This document shows positions 6,611 through 16,437 of a stretch of DNA of 64,000 bases, in pieces (positions within the stretch are counted from its first letter, which is position 1; every line of letters starts with the position of its first letter). A program made the translations under genes and the position numbers. Origin of the DNA: Verrucomicrobiia bacterium (GTDB lineage Bacteria; Verrucomicrobiota; Verrucomicrobiia; Limisphaerales; UBA11358); the NCBI GenBank assembly GCA_035943555.1, contig DASZCA010000400.1:1883-65882 (forward strand). Direction: 5' to 3'. The notes beneath the pieces were generated by a model that did no database searches, had not been told where the DNA came from, and saw nothing but the letters and a program-made list of their open reading frames with translations.

Positions 6611-7267
6611 TTAATTTTTTGGCCCAACCAACGTGACAAATTTGAAAGCTATCTCCGCCATCTTTGTCGCTCCTTCGGCATTTGGATGGATATTGTCAGG
6701 AAATAAATTGCCATTAGGTTGCATGGTGGTATTGAAATCAATGATGCTCAAACCTTGCGATTCCGCTACTTTCTTGATCAGTGGAATAACTTCCTTCTTT
6801 ATAGTCTGGTCTTGAGGAGATTTTACAGAACCAAAACACGGAACGGGATAACAAACGAAAATGTTCGGGTTCCGTCCGCGTTTGCGAAATTCCTGGATCA
6901 TGGCGACGTAATCCTCGTAAAACTCATTCTTATGAGCATTCCATCGCGGCGGGTCGCCATCGTTTGTGCCTAGCTTGATGATGACAATTTGCGGATCAAA
7001 GTTTTTGGCTGCAATGAAACGCTTGCTGTTCCAATAAGACGCCCGGTCTGTTTTCACCATGCAAGAACCACTCACTCCACAATTCAACACCTTGAAACTC
7101 GATCCCAAAAGTGCCTGAAGTCTGGCCGGATAAGCTTCTACTTGGGCATTGGTCAGACCCCAACCCTCCGTGATGCTGTCGCCAATACAGACCACACGGG
7201 TTTGGGCGAACACCAGACAAGGAAGCAGCAAAAATGCCAATGCCAAGAAAGCTACGATTTTTTTCAT
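6611..7267 (-). CDS. Secreted SGNH/GDSL-family esterase
   Basis: 218-aa ORF with signal peptide MKKIVAFLALAFLLLPCLVFA. It carries block I VVCIGDSITEGWG, block III GTNDG and block V DNIHPN (DxxH). Confidence 0.8.
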   Translation of the reverse strand: MKKIVAFLALAFLLLPCLVFAQTRVVCIGDSITEGWGLTNAQVEAYPARLQALLGSSFKVLNCGVSGSCMVKTDRASYWNSKRFIAAKNFDPQIVIIKLGTNDGDPPRWNAHKNEFYEDYVAMIQEFRKRGRNPNIFVCYPVPCFGSVKSPQDQTIKKEVIPLIKKVAESQGLSIIDFNTTMQPNGNLFPDNIHPNAEGATKMAEIAFKFVTLVGPKN

Positions 7268-7302
7268 AAAGTTGATGGTTGGTCTAAGATAAATTGCACT
7301 GT

Positions 7303-10300
7303 CTAGTCTTTTGAGCTTGGATGATTTAAGCTCTTAATTTCAATCGGCTCCAGCTCGCCGACGGCGGCATAGGCATGGTCATTCTGCTCATTTAAAGCAA
7401 CGAATTTTAGATAACGAGCAGTCACAGGTTTTGCAAAACGGATTGTTTCGATGCTGGCATCCGGGTTGAAACTTCCTTTCGCAACCGGTGCATTCCATGT
7501 CTGCGCGTCATCGCTCAGATAAACTTCGTAATCTTTGATATGTCCGTTGTCGCCATCGGTGCGTGCGGTGTAAATCAATCCGGACAGATTCATGGGGTGC
7601 GAATAATCAATCACCAGAAAATGCGGGGGCTGCGCTTCATTACTGCTCCAACGACTATGCCAGTAAGTATTGGGATCGCCATCAACCGCATGATTCGGAT
7701 CACCCTCGCCACGTTCAAAACTGCTGGCGGCGATCACCGTTCCTTGAATCGCCTTGGCGGATTCCGGCGCGGGCATCACTGGTTTCATGTGGTCACGGGG
7801 CGCAGCCAATCTGCCCGTCACTGATAGGTCATTTTTCCCCAAGGGCAACAGGCGCAGGACATACGAAAACTTTTCTGGCGTGGACCACACCATGTATGGT
7901 TCCAGCGGCCGCGGGCCGCAGCCATTAGAACCCACGCCCAAGGTGTGGGTCGCCACATTTACCACCGTGCTCGTGCTTGGCGGCAGATCAATCGAATATT
8001 CAACCGGCATCATGGCTTCATCGGTATAAGGCAAAGCCGAAACTTGCAGATTGCTTTCATCGGCTTGCACCATCAATGTCGGCAGGTTTTCCCCGCTTAA
8101 TGCTGCCCAATACACATCTTCATGATTGCCGCATTCCATCGGCTTGGCATAAGGCGTCATCTGTTCTTTGACCGTGCTGGAATACAGCCCCACATCGGAA
8201 CCGCGTTTGCGGTCAGAGTAATTTTCCATTGGTCCACGACCCAGGTAAGTGAAGTCATGAAATGCCTTGTCCAGTTGGAGGCGCACACCCATCCGTGCCA
8301 GTGCAATTTTCCCACCTTGGGGCAGCACTGCGTTGTCCACCACGATTGATCCGTCCCCATAAACCGTGTAGTTAGCGGAATGGATGATGCTGAACTGGTT
8401 TTTGCCAATGCCTTTCACTATGGTTTCCACGCGTACGGCGGAGTCCGAGACAGGCGTGGCACTGATGAGCTTCACCGTCCATTGCAAGTCATCCAGGCCG
8501 GAGTTGTGCCAGCTTTTGTAAGCCCACATGTCGTCCTTTTGATGCGGAGCGCGCCAGAGGTTTAGGCGCGGCCCCCCGCCGGAGATGAGCAAATTTTCCC
8601 CATCGCGCATCAGTTGTGAAATTGTTCCCGTCGTTTTATCGAACGTGACCGAAAAGCTGGTGCCTGTCACAGTGATCACACTATCGCCTTCTTGCAAATG
8701 AACTGCCGGCAACGTCGCCGGATTCGCCGTCATGGCGCACGATTGATCTGGCAGTTTGAATTGTTCGGCAGCGACTTCGTAGCCAGCCTTGGCCCAGAGT
8801 TCTTCTTGCCTTAGTGTAAATGAAATTCGCAGGTCATATCTTGCGCCCGGCTGCGGCGTAAATTTCCTCATGCCGATGGCTACACTCTTTTCCGCGCCGG
8901 GCGCGAGATTCAGCGTTCTCAATGAGCCTTTGTCAATCACTGCACCGTCTTCCGACAAGGTCCAGCCACCGTTGAACCGCTCCAGATTGATGAAGGCATA
9001 CCGGTTGCGAATTTTTATTTTACCGGTCGCGAGGTCATCCGCCGTGATGCTAATCCACTGATAAACGCGCTTCATTTCCGGGTAATGCGGCTTGGGCGAA
9101 CGGTCGGAGAACACGACGCCTTTGTGGATGAAATAATGGTCGTTGGGATAATCACCAAAGCCGCCGCCGAATGCGAGAAACTGGCGATTAGTATCGCGCC
9201 GGTTCCAGATGCCTTGGTCTTCCCATTCCCAAATCGCGCCGCCCATCAGCGTGGGATACTTGTCGAAGACATCATTATAATCGCCAAGCGAACCCATCGA
9301 GTTGAACATCGCATGGGCGTATTCGCAAAGATAAAAAGGCTTGGTATATTTGCTATCGGTCGCAATCTTTTCAGTTTCCGCAACACCGGTATACATATGA
9401 CTGTCTATGTCCGCCGGGTTTTTTTCACCGATGCCAAACGGTTCGTAATGCACGGGGCGGCTGGTATCCAAGGCTTTGACGGCCTTCAGCGCGAAAACAA
9501 AGTTGCTGCCGCCGCCACATTCATTGCCCAGCGACCAGATGACGATTGAAGGATGATTTTTGAAATTCTCCACATTCGCCACGCTGCGGTCCTCGATGGC
9601 TTTCTCATACTTCGGCTCATGGTCGAGTACATGCATGTAACCGTGGCATTCGCAATTCGCCTCGGCGACGAGATAAATACCATATTCATCGCAGAGTTCA
9701 TACCAGCGCGGATCATCCGAATAATGGCAGGTGCGGACATGGTTGACGTTGCCTTGCTTGAGCAGTTCCAAGTCACGGATCATTTTCTCTTCGGGAACAT
9801 AATGTCCCGTGTCCGGCCAGTTTTCATGGCGGTTCACGCCCTTGAGTTTTATTGGCACGCCGTTGACCATGAAGATGCGATCTTTAATTTCAATTTTCCG
9901 AAAACCGGTTTTCGCCGAAATTATTTCACCATTTTTTTCGCCGGAAAGTGACAGCACCGTGGTGTAGAGATACGGCGTTTCCGCCGTCCATTTGGCGGGG
10001 TTGGATACCGGGATGCTGACTTCAACGGATTTTTCTTCTCCCGCGGCCAGCGCCGGAACGGATGCGACGGTTTTGGCAATGGAATGATTTTTGGCGTCGA
10101 AAATTTCCACCTGCAGTTCGTGCGCGGCGGCGCGTTGATCCGAGAAATTACGGACTTTTGCGCTCGCGGATAGGGTGGCATCCGCGTATTTCGCATCCAG
10201 ATCGGTCTTTACAAAAAAGTCGCGGATATGAACTTCCGGCGCGCTCCATAACGTGACGTTTCGGAAAATGCCGCTCATACGCCACATATCTTGATCCTCA

Positions 10301-10998
10301 ATGTAAGTGCCCGCAGAGTAAGTATAGACCTCCGCTGCGAGCAGGTTTTTGCCAGGCTTCAAATACTTGGTGATATCAAATTCTGCGGCGTTGCGGCTAT
10401 TGATGCTAAACCCGACTTTCTCGCCATTGATCCATAGAAAGAACGCGGAATCCACGCCGTCGAACGTCAAAAAAATGCGGCGGCCATCCCAATCCTTTGG
10501 AACTTCAAACTCGCGACGATAGCTGCCTACTGGATCTCGCTCAATGTAAGCTGTGTAATTTGTCGGTGGTGTGGTCAGAACATGCGGCCAGTTTTTTTGA
10601 AAGGTATAGCCGTTGTTCCGATAATACGGTGTGCCGTAGCCTTCCATTTGCCAGCAGGACGGAACCGGAATTTCCTTCCAACCGCTCGTGTCGAATTCCG
10701 TTTTGTAAAAATCAACCGGGCGCAACGAAGGTTCCGTGACCCAGTTAAATTTCCACATCCCGTTTAAACTGCGTGAAAACGAAGAGTCATCGCGGCGGGC
10801 GACAAGCGCTTCTTTCAAATTGGCATATGGCATCAAAGTCGCATGAAACGGCTGTTTATTAATGCCAAGACATTCGGGATCTTCAATCTCCGGCGGCAAG
10901 GGTGCCTGCGCCAGCAATTGAAGAGTAAAACAGCCAAGTAACAAGCAATGCAGAGTGCTTTTAGCCGCTCGCGCGAATAAGAAAATTATAATAAACAT
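7303..10998 (-). CDS. GH2 LacZ-type beta-galactosidase with C-terminal F5/8-type-C (discoidin/CBM32-like) domain
   Basis: 1231-aa ORF with a hydrophobic N-terminus. LacZ-like motifs are KGVNRHE, WSLGNECGGG and CEYAHAMFNSMG. The C-terminal segment is AVDGDPNTYWHSRWSS..ARYLKFVAL. Motif copy A lies 42 nt upstream of its ATG. Confidence 0.85.
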   Translation of the reverse strand: MFIIIFLFARAAKSTLHCLLLGCFTLQLLAQAPLPPEIEDPECLGINKQPFHATLMPYANLKEALVARRDDSSFSRSLNGMWKFNWVTEPSLRPVDFYKTEFDTSGWKEIPVPSCWQMEGYGTPYYRNNGYTFQKNWPHVLTTPPTNYTAYIERDPVGSYRREFEVPKDWDGRRIFLTFDGVDSAFFLWINGEKVGFSINSRNAAEFDITKYLKPGKNLLAAEVYTYSAGTYIEDQDMWRMSGIFRNVTLWSAPEVHIRDFFVKTDLDAKYADATLSASAKVRNFSDQRAAAHELQVEIFDAKNHSIAKTVASVPALAAGEEKSVEVSIPVSNPAKWTAETPYLYTTVLSLSGEKNGEIISAKTGFRKIEIKDRIFMVNGVPIKLKGVNRHENWPDTGHYVPEEKMIRDLELLKQGNVNHVRTCHYSDDPRWYELCDEYGIYLVAEANCECHGYMHVLDHEPKYEKAIEDRSVANVENFKNHPSIVIWSLGNECGGGSNFVFALKAVKALDTSRPVHYEPFGIGEKNPADIDSHMYTGVAETEKIATDSKYTKPFYLCEYAHAMFNSMGSLGDYNDVFDKYPTLMGGAIWEWEDQGIWNRRDTNRQFLAFGGGFGDYPNDHYFIHKGVVFSDRSPKPHYPEMKRVYQWISITADDLATGKIKIRNRYAFINLERFNGGWTLSEDGAVIDKGSLRTLNLAPGAEKSVAIGMRKFTPQPGARYDLRISFTLRQEELWAKAGYEVAAEQFKLPDQSCAMTANPATLPAVHLQEGDSVITVTGTSFSVTFDKTTGTISQLMRDGENLLISGGGPRLNLWRAPHQKDDMWAYKSWHNSGLDDLQWTVKLISATPVSDSAVRVETIVKGIGKNQFSIIHSANYTVYGDGSIVVDNAVLPQGGKIALARMGVRLQLDKAFHDFTYLGRGPMENYSDRKRGSDVGLYSSTVKEQMTPYAKPMECGNHEDVYWAALSGENLPTLMVQADESNLQVSALPYTDEAMMPVEYSIDLPPSTSTVVNVATHTLGVGSNGCGPRPLEPYMVWSTPEKFSYVLRLLPLGKNDLSVTGRLAAPRDHMKPVMPAPESAKAIQGTVIAASSFERGEGDPNHAVDGDPNTYWHSRWSSNEAQPPHFLVIDYSHPMNLSGLIYTARTDGDNGHIKDYEVYLSDDAQTWNAPVAKGSFNPDASIETIRFAKPVTARYLKFVALNEQNDHAYAAVGELEPIEIKSLNHPSSKD

Positions 10999-11040
10999 AG
11001 ATTGAGAGAATCTTTACTGTATAAGTGACTGCGCGGCTCG

Positions 11041-11060
11041 CAATAGGCCATAGAGACTAA
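11041..11060 (-). promoter_or_regulatory. Conserved upstream motif, copy A (TTAGTCTCTATGGCCTATTG)
   Basis: Read on the minus strand. It lies 42 nt upstream of the GH2 ATG at 10998. A -10-like TATACA begins 18 nt after the core. The first 19 nt are identical to copy B. Confidence 0.5.
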
Positions 11061-11162
11061 CGGATTAATCTGCTGGGTGGGTACGCAAGGCTTTCATCAT
11101 TTGATACGCACCAGCATTGTTTTTCGGCTGTCACGCGGAATCGCCGCGCTAGGGTATGCCGA

Positions 11163-12466
11163 CTAATTCTGAAATTTCCACCGTCGCATTAGACGCCGGA
11201 TTTTTCCGGCAAGCACCAACAAAATCAGCGTGGCCAGCCATGGCAGCAGCGCGGTTGTGACAAGGATCAGCGTGTAAGTATGAAAATGATCCACCACAAA
11301 TCCGGTCGCAAAAGTGAGAAGGATTGCGCCAATGCCCGCACTAAAGCCGCTCATGCCGGCCACGGATGCGACAGCATCTTTTGGGAAAAAATCACTCGGC
11401 ATGGTTTGCACGTTGCTAATGAAACATTGAAATCCGAACAACACCACGCCAATGAATGCCAGCGCAACAAGCGCACTTTGCGCCGTGGCCGCCGGATTGC
11501 CGAACGACATCAGTATCGTGCCGATTATGATCGTCAGTTTTCGCGCCTTGTTGACCGTCCAGCCACGACTCATCAAATAACCGGAGAGCCAACAGCCGAA
11601 CAAACTGCCCGCGCCCGCCGCGACGTAAGGAACCCACGCGAACAATCCGATCTGTTTCATGCTGAAGTCGCGCACCTTGAGAAGATAAAGCGGCAGCCAG
11701 GTGATGTAGAGCCACCAGACCGGTCGGACAGAAACCGCGCCAGAATAATGGCTCATGTCTGGCGAAATTGCAAAAGCTCCAGTCAGCCTAATTTACGCGC
11801 GGGCGGTTCATCGTGTTGGAGATGCGCCAGCTCTTCCGGCGTAATCGTGGGATGACGCTCGGGTGTTTCGTAAAACAGCCGCCACAAAATGAGCCAACCC
11901 AACCCCAGCACGCCAGTGGCGGTGAACGCGGTGCGCCAGCCAAATAGCAATTGCAGCCAGATGATCACCGGCGGTGCGATGATGGAACCAACGGACGAAT
12001 CGGCATTCACAATCGCCATACCCAGCGCGCGCTGGCGGATGGGAAACCATTCCGCTACGACTTTTGCCGAGCCGGGCCAACTATCCCCCTACGCAAACCC
12101 AAGCAAAAAGCGGACGAAACTTAAACTGCCCAACCCGCGCGCAAATACGTGCGCCATGGCCGCAAGCGACCAAAGAAAAACCGCCCAAGTAAAACCGCGC
12201 CGCGTTCCAACCCGGTCAAAAATCCGGCCGGAAAATCTCTGGCTCTCGGCGTAGGCGACCAGAAACCAGGTGCTGATCACGGCATATTGAAGATTAGTCA
12301 AACCCAGTTGCACCGTGATCACCGGAGCCAGCACTGAAACGCTCACGCGGTCGAGAAAGTTGATCAGCGTCGCAAGAAAAATCAGCCCGATCATCCAACG
12401 GCGCAATCCGGGAACGGTTTTTTTCGCAGCCGGTTGCTCCGGTTGAAAATTCATTTTGAAATTCAT
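11163..12466 (-). pseudogene. Decayed MFS transporter (ACS/ExuT hexuronate-transporter-like)
   Basis: One homologous reading frame is broken into ORFs 12089-12466, 11783-12019 and 11163-11756. In-frame stops are TAG at 12089-12091 (LLGFA*GDSWPG), TGA at 11783-11785 (KLG*LELLQFRQT) and TGA at 11753-11755 (RQT*AIILARF). Both TGAs sit where Trp is expected. A 1-nt frameshift lies near 11721-11727 (..FLSD/PVWWLYITWLPLYL). Confidence 0.75.
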
Positions 12467-12484
12467 TCAGTCATGCGAAGGGAG

Positions 12485-12907
12485 TTACTTGACCACTTGT
12501 TCGTAATTCCACCCGTTATCGCGGCACATGACGCGGGCGTGCGAATCCCAAGTAGGTTCGTACTTGGGGCGACCGGCGGTGAAACAATCAATGGCCAGAT
12601 AGCGCAAAGTTTTTTCACCGGCGCAGCGGATGGAATGCAAAATTGTCGGCGGAATGCGGACGACATCCGTCGGGCGCACGACGAATTCCTTTTGTTCCGC
12701 GCCAATCCGCAAAACACCTTCGCCCTCCAAAATATAAAATATTTGCTCCGTGTCGTCGTGCTTGTGCAGTGGCGGCGCTTCGCCCAGTTCCAAAACGACG
12801 ATGAAAACTTCCGACGTTTGCGCATCGGCACGATCCATCACCAGATCGTTGACGTGCGTGGGAAAGCGATAATGCTTCGTTTGCGTGGTGGGAAATACAA
12901 ATTGCAT
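12485..12907 (-). CDS. Small cupin-domain protein (cupin_2; possibly a sugar-phosphate isomerase-type cupin)
   Basis: 140-aa ORF with a cupin core LHKHDDTEQIFYILEGEGVLRIG..VVRIPPTILHSI. The functional suggestion rests on context only. Confidence 0.6.
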   Translation of the reverse strand: MQFVFPTTQTKHYRFPTHVNDLVMDRADAQTSEVFIVVLELGEAPPLHKHDDTEQIFYILEGEGVLRIGAEQKEFVVRPTDVVRIPPTILHSIRCAGEKTLRYLAIDCFTAGRPKYEPTWDSHARVMCRDNGWNYEQVVK

Positions 12908-12918
12908 TTGGACTTTGG

Positions 12919-15171
12919 TTATGGTTGAACCGCATCAAACGATGGCGGAGCTTGTTTCAAATCATTTCCCCACTGCGAAGGTTGGTTGCCGAGATTGAAA
13001 TCCAACTTCCCGCCTTTGGCCACATCACTCCAATTGATCCACGGGCTTTCATAATTCTTTCCGTTCAATTGCAAACTCTGGACGTAAAAATTTTCATGCG
13101 ACGCGTTTTGTCCTAAAATTTGAATCGTCTTTCCATTTTCCAGATGGATCGTCGCTTTGGAAAACATCGGGCTGCCGATAACGAGTCCGGCCACGCCGGG
13201 AATTTCAGGATACAAACCGAGCGACGCAAAAACATACCACGACGAAATGGAACCGGCGTCGTCGTTGCCCGGAAAACCATTCGGTTTCGACGTGAACAAT
13301 TCATTTTGCGTCCGGCGCACGGCTTCTTGCGCGTGCGAGGGCGCACCAGCGAAATCATAAATCCACGGCGTTTCTTCGCACGGTTCGTTGCCCATGTAAG
13401 CCGTGCTGCCGCTGGAGATGTTGGAATTTAATTGCGTGAAAAAATGATCCAGCCGAGCGACGGCTTTTTCATCGCCGCGCATTTTATCAATCAATCCGCG
13501 CAAATTAAAATTCACCATCCAGACATATTGCGCCGCCGTGCCTTCGACAAAACCTTTGCTCGAAGCGGATGAAAAATTTTCCAGCCACGTTCCGTCGGCA
13601 TTGCGCGGTTCGATATATCCGGAGTCATCATTAAAAATATTTTTCCAATTCTGCGCGTGTTGAAAATAGGCGGCGTATTTTTCGTGGTCGCCCAGGGACT
13701 TGGCAAATTGAGCCAGCGCAAAATCGTTGACGCAATATTCCAAGGTGACGGCGGATTCGCCCGGCACATAACCGAGAGCCAGATAATCTTTCAAACCTTC
13801 GCGCACCGTGGCGCCGTCGGAAGTCGTGGCCGGATCAGATGCGCCTTTGCTCATCGAAACCAAAGCCGCTTGCGCGTCAAAATTCCGCGCGCCAAAAGCA
13901 TAAAACGACGCGATGATCGCGTCGTCGCCATCGCCGACCATGCCGCCGGAGTTGCGGTTGATCTGCTGCCAGCGCGGCATTCCGCCGCCGTTGGTGCGCA
14001 CGTTGGCGTCCTGCTGCGCGTAATTCACGAGCGACTGCGCGATGTCGCTGCTGGTCTTTGGCGACAAAATCGCGATGAGCGGCGCGTAGGAACGCCATTG
14101 ATCCCAACCCGGAATATTTTGATATTGATGATGGCCGGATTTGACAGCGTGAATTTGCAAATCCATTCCGGGATATTCTCCGTTGGCATCGTCCAGCAAA
14201 TTCGGGTGCATGAAACAATGGTAAAGCGCAGTGTAAAATGTCGTGCGCTGGTCATCCGTGCCGCCTTCGACTTGGATGCGGTTCAAATCGGCGTTCCAAT
14301 CCGCGTCCGCCTTTTGGCGGATGGCGGCGAAATTCCAGGACGAATTTTCCGCCGCCAGATTGACGCGGGCATTTTTCAGGCTCACATAAGAAATGCCGAC
14401 GCGCACTTGCACGAGGGAATTCTTCGCGGCGTCAAAAGTCAAAATGGCGCCGCAAGATATATTCGTCGCCGTTGTTTCGTCTTGAATGGCATTTCCGTCC
14501 CAAGTTTTTGTGCTTTGAAATGGCTGGTCGAATTCGGCGACAAAATATATGGTGTAAGGCCGGTCCGAGGCGCCGATTCGGTTGATATGAAAACCCGTCA
14601 CTTCTTTGCCGTTGATGGTCACGGAACTGTCGGCGCGAATGAGCACCGTGGCAGCCGATTGCGCGGGAAAGGTGAATCGCGCAAAACCCGTGCGCGGCGT
14701 CGCAGTTAATTCCGTTTCGATGCCGTTGTCGAATTTGACGCGATAATAACCTGGTGTCGCGTTTTCATTCGTGTGCGAATAGGTGGCCGCGAAGTTAGTC
14801 CAATTTTTCCCCGGGGAATTGCTGATCGTCTTCAGCACCGGCATGAAAGGAATGTCTTTCAAGCACGGCACGCCACGTCCGCTGAAATGGTTCAGACTAA
14901 ATTCCTCGATCGCGCCGTCGGGATACCAGTAGCCGCCCGCGATTTGCCTTTGATGACTGGTATCGGGACTCCACGCGACCATTCCGCGCGGGCAGACGGC
15001 GCCAGGAAACACATTTCCCGTGTCGAAGGAATAGCCGACCTTGCTGAACGGATTTGGATCCGTCCCGATAAATGGATTGATAAAAGGCGTCAAAGATATT
15101 TTCTGCTCTGCCGGTAACTGAACCATGCCAGCCAATATGAGGGCAATAATAGCGGAGTATAATCGTTTCAT
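12919..15171 (-). CDS. GH92 alpha-mannosidase (copy 1), secreted
   Basis: 750-aa ORF with signal peptide MKRLYSAIIALILAGMV. GH92 signatures are NPFIGT, GYYRVKF, MGNEPCEETPWIY and GNDDAGSISSWYVFASLGLYP. Confidence 0.85.
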   Translation of the reverse strand: MKRLYSAIIALILAGMVQLPAEQKISLTPFINPFIGTDPNPFSKVGYSFDTGNVFPGAVCPRGMVAWSPDTSHQRQIAGGYWYPDGAIEEFSLNHFSGRGVPCLKDIPFMPVLKTISNSPGKNWTNFAATYSHTNENATPGYYRVKFDNGIETELTATPRTGFARFTFPAQSAATVLIRADSSVTINGKEVTGFHINRIGASDRPYTIYFVAEFDQPFQSTKTWDGNAIQDETTATNISCGAILTFDAAKNSLVQVRVGISYVSLKNARVNLAAENSSWNFAAIRQKADADWNADLNRIQVEGGTDDQRTTFYTALYHCFMHPNLLDDANGEYPGMDLQIHAVKSGHHQYQNIPGWDQWRSYAPLIAILSPKTSSDIAQSLVNYAQQDANVRTNGGGMPRWQQINRNSGGMVGDGDDAIIASFYAFGARNFDAQAALVSMSKGASDPATTSDGATVREGLKDYLALGYVPGESAVTLEYCVNDFALAQFAKSLGDHEKYAAYFQHAQNWKNIFNDDSGYIEPRNADGTWLENFSSASSKGFVEGTAAQYVWMVNFNLRGLIDKMRGDEKAVARLDHFFTQLNSNISSGSTAYMGNEPCEETPWIYDFAGAPSHAQEAVRRTQNELFTSKPNGFPGNDDAGSISSWYVFASLGLYPEIPGVAGLVIGSPMFSKATIHLENGKTIQILGQNASHENFYVQSLQLNGKNYESPWINWSDVAKGGKLDFNLGNQPSQWGNDLKQAPPSFDAVQP

Positions 15172-15288
15172 TTCGAAATATAGTTAGTGCTTGAAGACCA
15201 GGCGGCAAAAGGAACTACCCACAATTGAAAACCACATGCATAAAATAGTAAACAGAAAAAGCCCGACCATTTTCTTCACAAGAGCATT

Positions 15289-16437
15289 TTAGAAAATACG
15301 TTCAAAGGTCCAAAACAAGGCAATGAGTGCGATCATAGACGAAGCTGGAATCACAATGACCTTGCGATACCATGGCCAACGCCGAAACCAGCCCACGGCA
15401 AGAAAAGCGCCGAGAATCACGAAAAGCTGGCCGCCTTCAACACCCAGATTGAACCCGACCAGGCCGATGAGGAAATCCTGGCGCGGCAGTCCGACATTGG
15501 CGAAGGCGCTGGCGAAGCCAAGTCCGTGGATCAAACCGAAGCAAAACACCACCGCATACCGCCAGGGTTTCACTTCCCTGACGAAGAGATTCTCCACGGC
15601 CACAAAGACAATGGATGCGGCAATCAGTGGTTCGGTGATCGAGGCGGGCAGGCGGATGACCCCATAAAGAGCCAAGCCAAGGGTAATGGAATGGGCTACG
15701 GTAAAGGCAGAAACCTGCCAGATCAGCGGCTTTATCCGCGCGCTGAACAAGAACAGGCCCAGCACGAAAAGAATATGATCCTGGCCTTCGGGGATAATGT
15801 GACGAAAACCCACTCCGATGTAGCGGCCGATGGCCACCAGTTGGTCCCATTTTCCCGGAGCTTTGAGTTCGATGGTAACCTGGCTGGAGTAGTCGCCGGC
15901 GGAAACGGGTTCATCGTGACTCTGGCCATGGGGAAGTTCCAGCAGGTGCACCGTGTCCCCCAACACGTAAGGTAGACGTATGCTGAAACCATGTGCCTTG
16001 GCTGGCAGGATGCCGCTAAAAGCGATTTCACCTGGCATCATAATACGCGGCTGCAGTTTCCGGGCGAGGACGGCATCTACTGTGGTCAAATCCGGCAAAG
16101 TCCAGGAGGCAATGGTGGCATTGCCGACATCGGTATAGATGACAACTTCATGCCGGAAGTGATCACCAGCGTCAACCAGATTTGCAGCCAGAACGGATCG
16201 GGGGCCGGCGAGCAACGCCTCGAGCTCCTCATTGCTGGTCTTGGTCGAAGGTTTTGATATGGCGAAAGAAAGAATATCGATGTTAAGCGTGGCGCTGAAG
16301 CGCCCGTCTGTTTCGACCTTGAATTGCAGGGTGGTAAACTCGGCGGGATGAGGCCGGGCCACTGGGGGCAGCAGGATGGCAAGCAAGCAGGCCAGTCCAT
16401 AAAGGGCCGGTCTCCAGTTTGAACGCAAATGCGTCAT
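15289..16437 (-). CDS. HupE/UreJ-family membrane protein with ~190-aa N-terminal extracytoplasmic extension
   Basis: 382-aa ORF. The C-terminal half is polytopic with DHILFVLGLFLF..VSAFTVAHSITLGL, as in HupE/UreJ_2. The start codon overlaps the GH38 stop (ATGA, 16434-16437). Confidence 0.65.
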   Translation of the reverse strand: MTHLRSNWRPALYGLACLLAILLPPVARPHPAEFTTLQFKVETDGRFSATLNIDILSFAISKPSTKTSNEELEALLAGPRSVLAANLVDAGDHFRHEVVIYTDVGNATIASWTLPDLTTVDAVLARKLQPRIMMPGEIAFSGILPAKAHGFSIRLPYVLGDTVHLLELPHGQSHDEPVSAGDYSSQVTIELKAPGKWDQLVAIGRYIGVGFRHIIPEGQDHILFVLGLFLFSARIKPLIWQVSAFTVAHSITLGLALYGVIRLPASITEPLIAASIVFVAVENLFVREVKPWRYAVVFCFGLIHGLGFASAFANVGLPRQDFLIGLVGFNLGVEGGQLFVILGAFLAVGWFRRWPWYRKVIVIPASSMIALIALFWTFERIF